A stretch of DNA of 64,000 bases from Antedon mediterranea (lineage: Eukaryota > Animalia > Echinodermata), in assembly GCF_964355755.1 (NCBI RefSeq), contig NC_092671.1, positions 38,450,304 through 38,514,303 of the forward strand, written 5' to 3'. Shown in pieces: positions 13,521-28,262 of this stretch. The position numbers and the translations under genes are program-made. The notes beneath the pieces were generated by a model. That model was not told the origin of the DNA, did no database searches, and saw nothing but the letters and a program-made list of their open reading frames with translations. How positions within the stretch are numbered: the first letter of the stretch is position 1; each line of letters starts with the position of its first letter.

Positions 13521-14833
13521 AAAATAAGATGTTTTTTACACACATCTTAAAAAAGCATTTGTGTACAAAAAAAAGTTCTTTAATGGTGTGGTCCTGGCTA
13601 TCCCATTCACCTCCTACAGAAATTACTCTGATCAAACCTCCACCTAAAAAAAAATGATATCTACAATATTACTTTCCCATTGAAAAGAACAACATACAGA
13701 CAACTCAGGAAATGGTTATAAAAGAGTGGAATCATGAAGGTAAATTAAAAGGGCAAAATTAGGTATTTGAGCTGATGATATTTCACAGCATCTTCCTGTA
13801 TTCTTCATAAGTTAATACAGGGTTACCTAAACTGGGTCAGACTTAAGTCTACAGAAATATTAATAGAGTATGAGGTGATAACTGTAGTTAAAATGATTTT
13901 CTCATCGAACTATTGTTAATTGTTATCTATTATAAGTACATTAAGGAGCCATTTTCCATCATTCAATTTTTTTAAAAATATTTTTTCTTTGTATCATGTC
14001 AAATATAACAATAATTATAAATATCATAAACTACAATGTAGAGGAGTGCAATTTAACATGGGAAAGTGCGATCTTTGAGCATGGCTTTTTGCGGTGAGTT
14101 GGGGGAGGGGGCGGAGAGTAAGGTGTTAAGTGATTGAAAAAATCATAGTGTTTAAAGAAAGAAAATTATTATTATATTATTATCAGGGAAGGTGGCAAGA
14201 AGAAATTTATTTTCTAAAGCATTTTTCTTTTAAATTTTCAGTTTTAATATTAGTCTTTTACTCTACATGTTTCAAACACATAATTTTTTCATGTTGTACA
14301 ACATTATTAAAGGAAATTTGATTTGAATATCCACAAATTGGGAACATCCTGTCATGTCCGATCGTCGCCCTAGGAACCATGGTCAATGTAACATTAAAAT
14401 GGGTTTTTTTTTAGTAACAGTACAGTTTACAGTAATCTATGCAATCACATTAGATGCAAATATTAACTTTGCACATTAAAAGATCGTAAGCGATTTTTGG
14501 ATGACTGCAAGTTTGAACAGGTGCTAAATTAAATCATAAATTTTACACTTGAAATTACAATTTTAAATCATGGTCTGCGTAAGGGTGTTCTTATTCATAA
14601 GGAGAAAATCTATTTTGGTATGCAAATCATGAGAAACAGAAGAATTTGAAAATGACACAGATGCTAGGTGAAAGGCTCTCATTAAATAGAAACTATTTAT
14701 TATGATGCAAGATGTGTGGGTTGTTTTGGTTCCACAAAAACATCTTATTTTTGGGGATCCAAATGTTATCTTGTTTAAAGCAGGTGCTGTGAAGCGTTCA
14801 AAACAAATATATGGTCACTCAATATAGCAGTTT

Positions 14834-15120
14834 ATTATAATAGTTCGTTGTTATATAGCGAATGAAGCAAGCTCTCAATACGCTGCATATTATTAACCCG
14901 GTCATTTTTTGGATCAAACACTGGAAACATACTCTTATAATAATAATAAAGCTAGTAATCAGCACAAAGTTGTGTTTTAATCAAACCCGGTATCAATTTT
15001 ATACACCTGAGTAGAGAGAGGCAAATGTAAGTAAAGTGTCTTGACAAAGGATACAAGCAATGAGGCGAGAGTTGGATTTGAACCACGACCAACGTCCAAC
15101 ACACAGCACCACATGCCCTC
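14834..15120 (-). mobile_element. tRNA-derived CORE-type SINE (copy 1)
   Basis: Reverse complement of the 19685-19983 element: tRNA head, ccttt/gg-caag-cactttac...gcctctctc.acc/tcaggtgtataaa core. Confidence 0.8.
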
Positions 15121-16196
15121 ACATATTATAGCATAAATGAATGTATCCAAAGTAGTCATTTCAGGAACTTTGTTACCTTATTTTGAGTTTTTGAAGAGTT
15201 GACAGCATAAACATTTTTGCAAAATGACATTTTTAAAGAGGCCTTGATTCTCCAAAATACCTAAAAGCAAAATTACAAAATATTAGTTTTCATATAGTTT
15301 TGTTTTATACAAAGTTATTATTTTGATTATTTTTTCTTATTTGGGAGCTACATTTATTTTAAAAAAGCAGTAATAAAGTTTTTTAGTGACTACAAACCAT
15401 GTATTATTTATGCCATATTTAAGGGAAAAAATTTGACGATTATTTGGGCTATGACAGATGAATATAATATCATACAGTTTGTTCCAAAAGAATAACATAA
15501 TTGTGCATTTATATCATATATTTTTATATATACGGTAATATATTTTTAGGGGGTACATAAAACAACAATAGACTTTAAATAAACTTCCATTCACTAAAAA
15601 TAAAATTTTAAATTTCCTTCAAGTTTATAATGATCATCAAATTCATGTCTTTTTGTTGTCATGATTTCTGTTATATTTGTTAATGAAAATTTAACCAGAT
15701 ATTATATTTAAAATTCATCCCTGTACCTGATCTTGAAATGCTCAGATATTGAATTATATTTCGAAATAGAGGGGGTACTTCACCTTCGAGTGAAACTTCC
15801 TCTTCACACACAGCGTACCATAATCTATGACAGCAAAATGTCACAACAATTTTAACATAATTAAAACAATGTGTCCTCTATTCCTGCAGGATTCTGCACC
15901 TGCAGTTTAGTGAGACAGCACAGAAAACGACAGACTACTCAATTGCAAAGACACAGGAAAAAACATTGCAAGAAATAAATTACTTGAACAAACATTTGAT
16001 TAAGATTTAATCAGTTAATTTGATCATTAATGATTAAGACATTGATTGTATTCTTTTAAAATACTGAGAGCAATTCTACAATTCTATAGAACAAGTTCTA
16101 CTTGTAACATATCATAGTTGGCTTCCAAAATGAGGAGTTCTTTTTTTGTCCAGAGTGGGTTTGTCCCACTTTTGTTTCCACAGTATGTTTCTCTAA

Positions 16197-16375
16197 AGCG
16201 TGGTTCCCACTAGCGACGCAACATAAGGATGTAACGCAACGCAAGTGAATTGACCAATCACAAGAGATGGCTTATTCGCTTGTGATTGCTAACTGTCTAT
16301 AACTTTGCTTGTCATTGGTTAAAACGCTTGCGTTGCGTTTACGTCCTTGCGTTACGTTCTTGTGGGAACCAAGCT
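16197..16375. mobile_element. Harbinger/Tourist-like MITE, family B
   Basis: TIRs AGCGTGGTTCCCAC / GTGGGAACCAAGCT, TAA/TTA flanks, internal GACGCAA/TTGCGT motifs; degenerate relatives near 572-680, 46121-46372, 46400-46550 and 48234-48292. Confidence 0.8.
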
Positions 16376-17966
16376 TTAACATGTTATGTAGTACAACTCT
16401 TTACATATTTTAAATTTATCTATAGACATTATGTTTAAATGTGTTTACATAGGCCTACATTGTTTTTTAAAAATAATTAATTAACACTGAATTTGATTTT
16501 AATCATTCGTACATGCTATTTTTTTCCTTAATTTTTTTTATTCTTTTCATTATTAACTCTTATAACACATAACTTAAAGCTCAGGTAGAGGCATGAATTT
16601 TAAATATAATATCTGGTTAATTGTACCTAAATCAAGTATTTGTAACAGAAATCAAGACGAAAAAACATGAATTTCCCTTAATATGGTCAAATGCAAAATT
16701 TGACAAAAAAAAACCAGGAAGACTTTTTTTCAGTAGTTAGGTAGTTCAACCTAATGTAATAGCATGTCTGGTGACTCCCTAGAAGGTGAAAAAAGATGGT
16801 GGATATACGGTGGATAATTTTTGCTATAGCATGAAAATAAAAATCTTAAGTTGAATAAAAATACCAGAAATGTAAAATTCAATTTATATTACCTATATTT
16901 AGTCATCTGATAACATTTTTTACCACACCGTTTATTTTTCATAGCTTTTTAAAATGCCTCTCTATTTACAAAATTTGTGAACAAAAGAATAGAGATTTTA
17001 CTGTGTAATTTGAACTATCCCCCCACTGATAAGAAAGTGCTTATTTTCAACAAGCTCGTGTAACACAAATAAAATCCCAAAAATTATGAAACATAGGCGA
17101 AACTATAGATCGATAATTATTGGAATGTATGATCAATAGAAATTTTTGCCCGCATCATTTTATTTAAGTTATGTATCTATTTTGCTTTATCCATATTATC
17201 GCTTTATTTTTTTAATAGGGAGAAGTTCTACTGAATTTAATATATATTGTAATGAATGTATATAATAATTGTTACAGAAATAAAACATGAGTCTTGGGGT
17301 TTCAAAAACATTTGAACAAGAATTTTGTTATGCATTATGTAAACGTTAATTAAGTAATTACGATAAAGAAACTAAAACTTTAACTAAAGTTATGTTCAAC
17401 CGAGTGGTGGATGTTTTTTAAACACACTTTGGCTTTTTTTTTACTAGATTTTTTTCCATTTATATTTAGGTTTGATTTTAATATAAATAAACGAATGTGT
17501 AATTCATTTGGGAGGTGGCCCTTTACTTTACACATTGTGAATAATAGCCTGATATTACTGATAGTAGTAGTATACATCTCAGTTAATTATTATGAAAGGT
17601 CAAGTCAAAAATATAAATTTGGAAGTTCAATTTTTTAAATAATTTTTTCAATATAATATACTAATATAATAAATATTTTTATTTTATTTTTTATTTTATC
17701 CAATTGTTTTCTATTATTGTATTCTATTCAAACCAACAGAGATAAAAACCTCCACTAACAGGCAGAGATAAAATAAGAGTATAATAATATACTACTGTAA
17801 TATAATAAATTTCATTCTCACAAACTTCATAATTTCCATTTATAAATTAATTGCAAATTAAGTATATATAAGTAAATTATTATCTAACAATTTTTATTTA
17901 TTTATGAATCATTTTTAAAATAACACTAAAAGGTGAAAAAAGAAAAAAAGGATTAATATTATGAAT

Positions 17967-18219
17967 TAATAATAATAGTTCATTCTTATATTTTTTGGAT
18001 CAAACACGTATGGAAACATACTCCCATAGTGCAGCTAGTAATCAGCGCAAAGTTGTGTCTTGATCTAACCGGGTACCCATTTATACACCTGGGTGGAGAG
18101 AGGCAAACGTAAATAAAGTATCTTGTCTAAGGATACAAGCAATGCGGCGAGCGTTGGACTCGAACCTCGGCATCACAATCAGTAGTCCAACGTCTAACAC
18201 CCTGCGCCACACGCCCTCA
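17967..18219 (-). mobile_element. tRNA-derived CORE-type SINE (copy 2)
   Basis: Minus strand: gagggcgtgtggcgcagg (A box)...ggttcgagtcc (B box)...gcctctctccacccaggtgtataaatgggtacc. Confidence 0.85.
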
Positions 18220-18446
18220 TGTGAATTAAGACTATAGACTTCAATTTTTCATATTTTACACATTGATTTTAGGTAATTTTTTTATAATATTGGTAACATA
18301 TTATTATTTATAAAGTGTGCATTTTTATGAAGTTTTAAATAAGGATTAATACAACAGAAATGAATGTCAACTTGAAAAAATTACACTTGGAGACTTTTTA
18401 CATAATTCAAATCCCTCATCATCCCCAAGTACAAGTCCCTCTCTAA

Positions 18447-18597
18447 AGCTCTGTCTACACTATCAAACTAGTTTGACAAAAAAAGTGTGATATGCCCAAA
18501 TAAGGTAGTAATATGCCAAAATATTGTAGCGATATGACATCATCATGTCCACATCACATTTTTGTATCACATAAAATTTGATAGTGTAGACAGAGCT
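18447..18597. mobile_element. Harbinger/Tourist-like MITE, family A
   Basis: TIR AGCTCTGTCTACACTATCAAA, TSD TAA/TAA. Confidence 0.9.
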
Positions 18598-18947
18598 TAA
18601 CACCTCTTGACTCCAGCATCGCAATCATACATAGCTTACCAGTAATTATACATGATGAGTGATCGGTCTTTATTGCCGACTCTACAAAAACCAGCCTATT
18701 TCCTCAGATTAAAAGTTGAGCTGATATTCTGGGCTTTTTAAAAAATTAAAAATGTGTGCATTATTAATTTATGATCAATTAAGAAAATTAGTCACAGAAT
18801 GTTGCATAAAATGAAAGTAAATTACAAGTTATTTTCAACTAGGGAAATTGATAGAACTTTTGGTCAATATCACATACTGATTGAAAAGAAAAAAAAAATC
18901 ATTACCAAAAATACAAAATTACATTTATAAGACATATACAATTGTAA

Positions 18948-19107
18948 AGCTCTGTCTATACTATCAAACTTTATGTGACAAGAAATGTAATGTGCCCATA
19001 TATAGAAATGATGATGTAATATCACTACCATATTTAAGCATATCACTACCATATTTGGGCACATCACACTTTTTTTGTCAAACTAGTTTGATAGTGTAGA
19101 TAGAGCA
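18948..19107. mobile_element. MITE family A
   Basis: Same TIRs, TAA TSD. Confidence 0.9.
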
Positions 19108-19684
19108 TAAAATAAAATATATCCTTTATAGACAATTTTAACTTACACTATTTGGACAAGGAAGTTTTAAAATATTTGTTTGTGTTTTTAAATAAACTTC
19201 TGAAGTTTGGATATATATACAATATTTATCATCTAGTACTCAACCAAGATTTGAACCACAGCCTTTGACAGGAAAGCAAACATGTAAACCACAACCAGTG
19301 CTCTTCCTTTTTAAAAGTTTTTAAAAACCACTGCCCTGGAAAAACGAATCAAAACCTTAAACATCACACTAAACTTTGGAAAGAAAATAATTACTAAGGA
19401 TGTAAAACCACATTGCCATGATTGACATCTCAAAACAAGATGTGGTAAAGAACGTGCTGATTAAGAGGGACCCTGGGAGGCAGCGATAAAACTGCTATTT
19501 CTATTTGTGAATCATCCTCCCCCGACAGAGTGCCTTTGACAGGTACAATTCTGTTCAGTCATTTCTTATCCCCCAATGTACCGTGAATTCTAGATAAAAT
19601 TTTATGATAATCAAGCTTAAACTAACCACTATATTAAAAAAAAAATATATGAATGTTAGGTTATGTGTTCTTGATAATGTTAGT

Positions 19685-19983
19685 AAGGGCCTGTGGGGCA
19701 GTGTGTGGACGTTGGATAACTGATTGTGGTTCAAATCTAACTCTCGCCGCATTACTTGTATCCTTAGGCAAGGCACTTTACTTACATGTGCCTCTCTCCA
19801 CCCAGGTGTATAAATGGGTACCGGTTAGATCAAGACACAACTTTGCGCTGATTACTCCATTATGGGAGTATGTTTCCATACGTGTATGCTTCAAAAAATG
19901 ACCGTGGTAATAATGTGCAGCGCATTGAGAGCTTGGTTATAATTATGCACTATATACGAATGAACTACAGTATTATTATTATT
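19685..19983 (+). mobile_element. tRNA-derived CORE-type SINE (copy 3) with L2-like (TAT)n tail
   Basis: A/B-box head; ccttaggcaaggcactttac...gcctc...tgtataaatggg aligns by eye with the MIR CORE; tail cagcgcattgaga...cactatata...tattattattatt. Confidence 0.85.
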
Positions 19984-20543
19984 AAAAATTGGGGGAGAGA
20001 CTTACCCAGTGTCTTCTGGTAGTTTGAATTTAGAAAAAGAGATTTTCTTACATTTAGTATATGTATTATGCTACATAAATCATTTTTGTAGGGCTTCCTA
20101 ATTTTAACTATTTAATTATTGTTTTACTTGACCTTATACAGTAAATATAATTTCAATATTTACAGCAAAAAATAGTTCATCAGGGTTTTTGTTAAAGCAG
20201 ATTCGCAAATACATTTATGTGGCAATTTTGATTTCGGCATTGTTTTACTACTACTTTTACTACACGTACTAAATGGTCCCTCCTATATTTCTACTGGCCT
20301 CCTTTATCTTGATTCCTAACAAACAAGATTTGGCTAAACAAGCCAGGCTACTTTGCCAAAAATGTCCAATAACTTACATTTTGGAAAAAACAAAATAAAT
20401 CTACTTGAACAATGTCTGTCAAAAGATTCCCCATGTGGTCGTAAGAATCTTCTACAGATTTTAAAATGACATTCTCTTGTTGTCTTCTTGTTTTTTGTGG
20501 ATTGCCAACAATCTGTAGAAGGTAGAGAGTAAAACAACTGTTA

Positions 20544-20701
20544 AGCTATGTCTACACTATCAAACTAGTTTGACAAAAAATGTGATGTGCCCAAACATGG
20601 ACATGATGATGTCATATCACTACCATATTTAAGCAGAACACTACCATATTTGGGCACATCACACTTTTTTGTCAAACTAGTTTGATAGTGTAGACAAAGC
20701 T
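20544..20701. mobile_element. MITE family A
   Basis: Same TIRs, TTA TSD. Confidence 0.9.
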
Positions 20702-23700
20702 TTACACAGAAAATTCAACTAAATTGAAAAGGATGTATTTCATGTCTTGCTTTCTTTAGAACAATTTCTTAGAATACAAAATCTTTCATATGTGAAGAAT
20801 CAAACATTATTACCTTTTCATAAAATATTGAAGACTTTGAAGAGCGATAAAGGATACCCAATTGTGATCAAGCTGGACTTTCTAGGCCGGTAACTCTCAC
20901 TCTTTCAGTCTTCCTGAGACAATCTCACTCCGGAGGATTGGCCAGCCGCGACGGTAAGTTTTACGGAGTGAGACTTCCTGGGCTGTTCGCACTTCCGGTC
21001 AAATCGTTTGACTCTCTGTTAGTTTGACCGGATTAAGTCCAGTGCGAATGAGGCTTTAAAGTTTTAGCTAATATAAATAAATAATAAAACCAGAAACATC
21101 AAATTCACATGCTCATAATCACCCTATTGTATAACTGTATTTTAGGTACTGATTGATTCACCATTGATGGCACAGCAATGAATTAGTTGAGTTCTGTTGA
21201 AAAAAATGTCTATTAATTGATGAAACTATCATAAATAAATGCAAGAATGTGAAGGAAGATATGATTTTTTAAAACCTGCTATAGGGACACTGCAACTTCT
21301 TCACATGTTTTCCTGTAAAATATACAAAATACAGGAATTAGATTAGGAAAACTTATAAATACAATCAATTTGTAACACAACTTAGTTTGACTGACAAATA
21401 AATACAACACTAATATTTACTTTTTGCTCTTGTCTGTGTTTTTTTTTCCTTTTTTTAAATGGCAAAATCAAAGTCAGGGAGACTCACCCAAAGATAAAGG
21501 ATTGCATAGTGGGGCACTTTTTACAGAATTACATATACAGTAATACATTTAAAAAATTAATAAATAATAAAATGAAAAAATGCACATTCACAGGGCATGG
21601 AAACAAAACATGATCAGCAGTGTAGATTACACGAGATTGCAAGATATTGAAACAATTACTAAAGTAATTAAATGTGATACGATTAATAAGAACTTTGAAT
21701 AATAAACACTCTTAAACTGGTAACATAGTTAGCTAGGATCCATTCAATATCAATTCAAAAATACTAAAAAGAAATTTCAATGCCAATATATATGATATTT
21801 TAACTAATCCCTATTGAATTTCTTTAACACAATTATAATCAGACTAGACAAGATTTCATAATAAAAAACGGATTACATAACAAAAAAGTATTAAAAGTGC
21901 AACTCAGCAAAACAAGATAAAATCAACATGTTCTCAGCTGATTTACATTCCTGGAATGAACTTTACGATTCATCCTGGACATTTGCCATGAATTACAGAA
22001 TTACTATAACATTTTAAAAGCAATATTAAACAGAACTTAATTAGATGCAGAATCACATGAATATCAGACGAATTACTTACAACAACTACTACTGAGATAA
22101 GATACACTATTAGGCCAGTATATTGATGTATTAGTAACTGAATGTGCAGATAGATGCTCAGTAGGCCATAAATGTGAACAGACTACCTGAAATGTAATGT
22201 CAGGTTTAATTCAATTTAATGTCACAATATTATATTAGTAGACTTGTTTTTTTAAGATAATAAAAAAGAGTGTTAATGTTTCTCATTGAGTCATTAATAG
22301 CCTAAACTTAATTTAGAATCACAGACACTATCGGATTTTCTTAAACATAAGTTAAGAATATCGGCGCCATGAGGCTTGGAGGGGGAAGTGCAGGATGACT
22401 GGAATAAAAAAAAATGGGGGAACGGAGAGGAGGTGTTCAAAACACATTTTTAGAAAGAACAGTGGCGCAAGAAGGCTTTGCGACAGAGAAGTGTTTACTC
22501 TTATAAGTATGTTTTAAAAAAGAGGGAAAGAAAGAGTAGACAATCATGAAATGTTTGGCTAGGGGTTCCAACAAACACTGGAGGACGAGTATTTATCATA
22601 AAGTACATTTAAATAATCAGTGGCGTCAGGTTTGGAACTAAGGGCAAGTGTTTACTTCTTATAAAGTATTTTTTTGAAGAGGGGAAAAAGAGTATACAAA
22701 ACATAAAATGTTTGGTTGGGTATGTAATATCTGTGAAGACAGAACCGATAAAATTGTTTGGCTGGGTATGTAATATAGGAAGGAGGGTGAAATAGGTGAA
22801 ATTTATTTCAGTAAAGCACAGCTGGAAAAATTAGAAATGTAACTTAATTTACACTGAACTAAGGAGTCAAATTGGCATTTGTTTTTTTAAATTTTGTAAT
22901 TTAACTATCATAAAGAACAAACAACAAATCATTTTATGTATGAAAATGTATTTCTCAGCTGATTTCAAACACGGTGTACGCTACGTGCTGACTGAAACTT
23001 TCTTACATGCTTCACTTTCCTTACTTCCTAGTTTCTACTTGTAGAATATATTCAGCAAAAAGTATTTAACATCAAATTTAAACATGCACTTCTCTCTAAA
23101 CTTGTATTTCCTGTTTTTAGTGTTGGATTTTATTCGTCAACAATCCATATCCTAATATTTGTCTAGTATTTCATTATTATGCAGTCATATTTTTTATTTG
23201 TTATATTCATGGGACTATTAAAGAAGGAGTCAAGTACGTAAGAGTTTAAATAAAACCATCAAATAGTATTAATCACTTACAATAGATCTCAACTAGATTC
23301 CACAACTTATTTCTAGAACTATAGTATTTTTTAAATTAAAGAAATTATCTTGTTAAAATTTTACTTCAATTAAAGATCAATAATATTAAAATGATTAATA
23401 TTTCATCTATTTTTGTAATCTATTTTTGTGTTCTGATTTTAACCACATCCAAAATTTATATCTAGGATATCCTAAACCAATACTTTTCAAAACTAAGTGT
23501 TGTCTTGGGACTATGACTGGATGTGAACCCACAACCATGTGTTTGGTAGGCTAAGCAAGAAAGTTACCAAGCTACAGTAACATTAAATAAACACTTGCCC
23601 TATGTTCTCTTTAGGACGGTGAATGTCTGTCAAAATGAATTGTTTTGTAGACTATAAAATTATAAAATTTATATAATTCTCTTTTAGTTAAGATAATGGC

Positions 23701-25039
23701 AAAGTGTTAAGTTTATTATAATGTTCAAATGCTGCCTTATTATCAGGGAGTTGTTTTACAACTCCCTGTTATTATAATGTATACTACTTTGCCATTTGTT
23801 TTTGTTTTTGTATCCATTTTGTGTATACCCTTCAGTTATTGGCAAATTTCCTTTGCTGTTGGTTGGGTTTGCAAATAAAATAAAAAATTAAAAAAAACAT
23901 TTACAACCTGTACTACTTTGGCTTGTTATAAGAATATCCATTTGAAGTATAAACAGTTGGGAGTGCTACTTCCTCCGCAGCAGTAACACAGGTGATGTTG
24001 CAGACAGGACATACCGGTGTCATTTGCCAACTCCCTCAAGGGCTAAGCCTACACATTTGGCTAAATAAAAAGACAAACAAAATGCCAATTAAATGTGGGG
24101 GTGTTTTAAAATATGACAACCTTTATTAAATGCAGAGGATTGTTTAATTGTTAATTACACTTTTATTTTCTAATTTAATTATACCTCCTTCATTATGTCT
24201 GAAGGCGATCCTTTAAACTTTGTGAAGTTATCAGCTGTAACTAATTTGTTGTATGGTTTATGGATTTTCAAAATAAAAAAAAATTTTACTGGATTTATCC
24301 TTCAACAAATGATCAAACTGTTGTTGCTTGTTTAAATATAATTTACAACATCTTTTGACCTTACAATTGACCCTAAACCTTGTCGTAAATCTTAAATGCA
24401 CGCCAACACATACATCAACGTTGCATGTTAAACTACCATTTTTACATTACATTTTGTTGTAAATCTTTTCTAAAGTCTTTGATTTCACAATATTTTACCA
24501 CCGTTTGAACTCGATTTTTGACAACATTAAAAGAAGTTTATTGCTAAAATAAAACTATTATAGAACAGAAAACTATTATTTAATAATGAATACAACACTA
24601 TTTGCAACAGTAATAGAATCTGAATTCAGACGATTGTTTACTTGGAATCAGAAAAAACATACTGGATTTGAAAAATGATTAATCAAATTTATTATACCAT
24701 CTCCCAGTGGGAAAGAAGTTGAAGAAGTATCAGCGTGCCAGACAACAGCAACAATCTGAAAGAAGATACATTCAAAGCTTTTCCTAAATCTTTAAAAATG
24801 CATCATCACTGTCTTGAAAAATACATTAAATTTATAATAATTTGATTTATTTAGTGAGAAAATAGAATAAGATGGCAACTATCTAGTTGCTATGCTACCG
24901 AAGGTGTATTGCTATGCTACCGATGGTGCTATGAATTAGACCTTTGAAAAAGGCCTTCTCTATGATGCGAGTTAATCATGTTACCTGGAAAATATGGTTA
25001 AATAAAAACAAGAATGAAATAAAGGTTCCTGCTCTATCA

Positions 25040-25260
25040 GTATCAAGACACTCCTCGACCATTGTTCTGGTGGTCTTCTTGGACTTAGGGACTTAAAACT
25101 GGACGTCCAGTGTACACATCTGGCTTGTGTGTACTTTAAAGAACCCAGTACCCAGTTTTTGGAACAGTAGGGGGTTACCCAAGTGTACTGGTCTATTCAG
25201 CCACTGACATTGTGGAAAGACGAACGGGCTCAGTTTGGTGGCAGCCAAACAGCGGCCCTC
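25040..25260 (+). mobile_element. Deu-domain-like SINE fragment
   Basis: taaagaaccc...ggaacagtagggggttacccaagtgtactgg resembles, from memory, the DeuSINE/AmnSINE1 core. Confidence 0.45.
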
Positions 25261-25599
25261 TAGGGAAGAAGAAAGTTGTCATAATGTGTTGTCCACATCT
25301 GTACAATTCAGCCCAGTAGGCTGCAAGTCGCAAGTTATTCCCACATTTAACATATATTTCAGGGCAATATTTGAGATTCACATTCATTATGAAACAGTGC
25401 ATACATTTGAAGAAAAAAAAAGAATTTTAAATACACCAGGATTAAACGATGATGATTAATATAAGCACTTAAGTACAAATAAGCGATAATGATCAACACA
25501 ACAATGTTGTAAATACTCAATAGAGGAAAAACTGTGTCTTGAGTAATCATTTCTGGCACAGTCTAAACAGATTGGTATCTTATCATACAAAACAGCGGA

Positions 25600-25780
25600 G
25601 AAGAGGAACCTGGGACGGACATCTGGGACGTAAACCTGGGAGACAGTGACACCTGGGAGAGGACCCTGGGAAGGAAATCTGGGACGTAAACCTGGGAGTC
25701 AGTGACACCTGGGAGGGGGACCTGGATGGCACATCAGAGAGTAGAACCTGGGATGGAAATCTTAGGGGCGAACCTAGGAG
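25600..25780. repeat. Degenerate G-rich minisatellite (ACCTGGGA subunits, about 55-bp higher-order unit)
   Basis: gggacgtaaacctgggag(a/t)cagtgacacctgggag occurs twice among many acctggga motifs. Confidence 0.7.
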
Positions 25781-25847
25781 ATACAACAGAAAGGCAAACC
25801 TAAAAGGAACAAAAACATTTGAGATAAAAACGTGTACAATTTACTTA

Positions 25848-26029
25848 AGCTCTGTCTACAAAAGAAGTGTGATGTGACTAAATATGGTAGTGATACTCTT
25901 AAATATGGTAGTGATATGACACCATCATGTCCATATATGGGCACATCATGTCCATATATGGGCACATCATGTCCATATATGGGCACATCATGTTCATATA
26001 TGGGCACATGACATCACATAAAGTTTGAT
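25848..26029. mobile_element. MITE family A with an internal 21-bp tandem expansion
   Basis: Left TIR agctctgtctaca; (catcatgtccatatatgggca) x4. Confidence 0.85.
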
Positions 26030-27484
26030 TACACTGAACAAAACAGATATTAATATCAAAAGCCAGTTAGTAGAATCTTATCTTCAATAACTATAGAAAG
26101 TGAGGAAGGGGCCAAAGGGTATACTGTCTGGAAGACTGTGTGGGGAATACTAACTATCTTTAAATAAATCTTCTTCTGGATATTTTCCAATGAATTTGAC
26201 GTCAATGTGAACCAAATCTGGGAGGGGGAATGAAGAAAGTAGCTCCCAGGGACATATTGACTAAGAGGCATGTGTGGGAGGCGATGGAATGTCTCCAACT
26301 TAGTTGGTTAATTTATCTTATCGACATAAATATCTAGAACCGAAACTTTGGAGGTGGATAGTGTCTGGCATTTGCAACTGAAAGGATTATAAGCCTCAAA
26401 ATATGCGTGAAAAAGTTGTATGAAAGGGATAGAAATTAAACTGTTGTAAAAAATGTTGAATTGATTGAATTTAACAGATGTAACTTTATATCAAACATTA
26501 TAATGTATTATTACTCTAATTGTATTGATTGATTGAAACATAACACACAACTTCTACCTTAGTTATGTTTCCTTTTATATTTGGGGACTCCAATGAAAAT
26601 AAGTTTTTTGGGTTATCCTCAGTTCATTCAGGAAATATTGTTTCCTGTACCTTCTCTTTTTTTAAAAAATTTGTGTCTGTTCCTAAAATTGAATGAACAG
26701 AAATAAAATGAAAATTTGTTTTCCAAATTGCCATAGTAGATAATCCGATGTATTATTGGTGTTGTAAAATAGCTCAACATAGAGGGCGTCCTGTACAAAC
26801 TATATTGGATCATTGCAAATAGGAGCACTGCATTTAAATTTGATTGCAAACCATTTTCATTCAATACCACATGGAATTTAAATCAACAAGATATATAGTT
26901 TATTCGGAGCAAATTTGATAAGATGAGGAAGCTTAACTGGAGTAAAGATTAAATGCAACACCCAAGGAGGATTCTGCACTTTATTTTTAATTTAAACAAT
27001 CATTAGCATAATTAACCTTAGTAACAAAATGTCACTCATAATATTATTCTGTCAATTTTGTATGACCTTAGGTCATGTCAAGTATCACCTGAATGACCTT
27101 ATATGGTTTCTAATAAAACAAATAATATAACTATCTTTATCTATTTCCATCATATGTTACAAGTTGCCCTTTTAATAGCTACACACGTATGAATCATAAA
27201 TGGTTATGTGTTACAAAGTTAACTAGTCTATCAGGAAACTGGGCTTTAGCAGTAATATTGCAATAAGTAATTTTAAATATTTATATTACATTATTTCACG
27301 ATAGGAATAAATGGCACAAAATAGTAGAATGCGCTATGTCTAACGACGATAAAGCGTGCTAATATATATTGACCCAAAAAATAAGACTAATATTCCTTGG
27401 AATCAGGGAGAGCAGCTTAAGAAAAAAAAAAAAAAAAATAATAATAATAATAATAATAAATAAATAATTCAACAAGTTTTGTTG

Positions 27485-27653
27485 AATATGCCAATTTAAT
27501 GTCACATAATAATTATCCACTTTGACTTTGAAATTGGATCGGAAAAAAATGTATTTACCTGAAAAAACTTAACGCAAAAAATAGTAAAATTCAAAAGTCT
27601 GATTTAGTTATTCTTAATTTCAATTTTTCATGTTTTTGGGGAAAAATACATCT
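27485..27653 (-). mobile_element. Kolobok-like non-autonomous element, partial
   Basis: Reverse-complement match to 36021-36322; ends ...aatacatct-TTAA. Confidence 0.6.
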
Positions 27654-27789
27654 TTAAAGAAAGTTTTTTTTTTTTTTTTTTAAATCATATTTAATGATTT
27701 GATTTAGTGATCCATCCAGCTATTGCTGATCATTGGGGACCCTCAGAGGTTCACAAGACAAACATATACACAAGATGCTCTAAGTCTTA

Positions 27790-27905
27790 TTACAAGTCTT
27801 TGGGAGTGGAGTAATTTGGTCCTTGGAAAAAATCCTGACATGTGACGGGACTTGAACCCAGGACCCTTGGAGTGGTAGCCAAGCATCATAACCACCAAGC
27901 CACAT
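27790..27905 (-). mobile_element. tRNA-derived SINE head or tRNA pseudogene
   Basis: Minus strand: gtggcttggtggtt (A box)...ctgggttcaagtcccg (B box); acceptor stem not convincing. Confidence 0.55.
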
Positions 27906-28117
27906 AGACATCCAAGAACAGGGACCTGAGCACAGGAACACAGAAAACAAGGACCTGGGAGGCCCCTAAATTTATAGGTTACATAATATAACACTGTTTG
28001 TATCAGTTTCAACTAATTTTCCCAATTTAATACATCAAATCTATGGAGTTCGCATTACGAAAAATATATTTACTTTTTATATTCAGCTATAAAGAGGCGA
28101 TTGAGAGGCTTACTTTA

Positions 28118-28262
28118 AGCTCTGTCTACACTATCAAACTTTATGTACCCATATATGGACATCATGATGTCATATTACTACCATATTTTGACATATCACT
28201 ACCATATTTGGGAACATCACACCTTTTTTTTGTCAAATTAGTTTGATAGTGTAGACAGAGTT
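28118..28262. mobile_element. MITE family A
   Basis: Same TIRs. Confidence 0.85.

Noticed and set aside
20140-20190. Minus-strand CTGATGA...GAAA hammerhead candidate
   Set aside because: Helix II is AT-only and mismatched, and no helix I partner is visible.
25774-26007. Repeat-peptide ORFs (DVPIYGH, ISLPYLG), also at 18881, 28043, 34538 and 36582
   Set aside because: Translations of MITE family A.
27835-27905. Functional tRNA gene
   Set aside because: A and B boxes are present but the cloverleaf is not convincing; more likely a SINE head.
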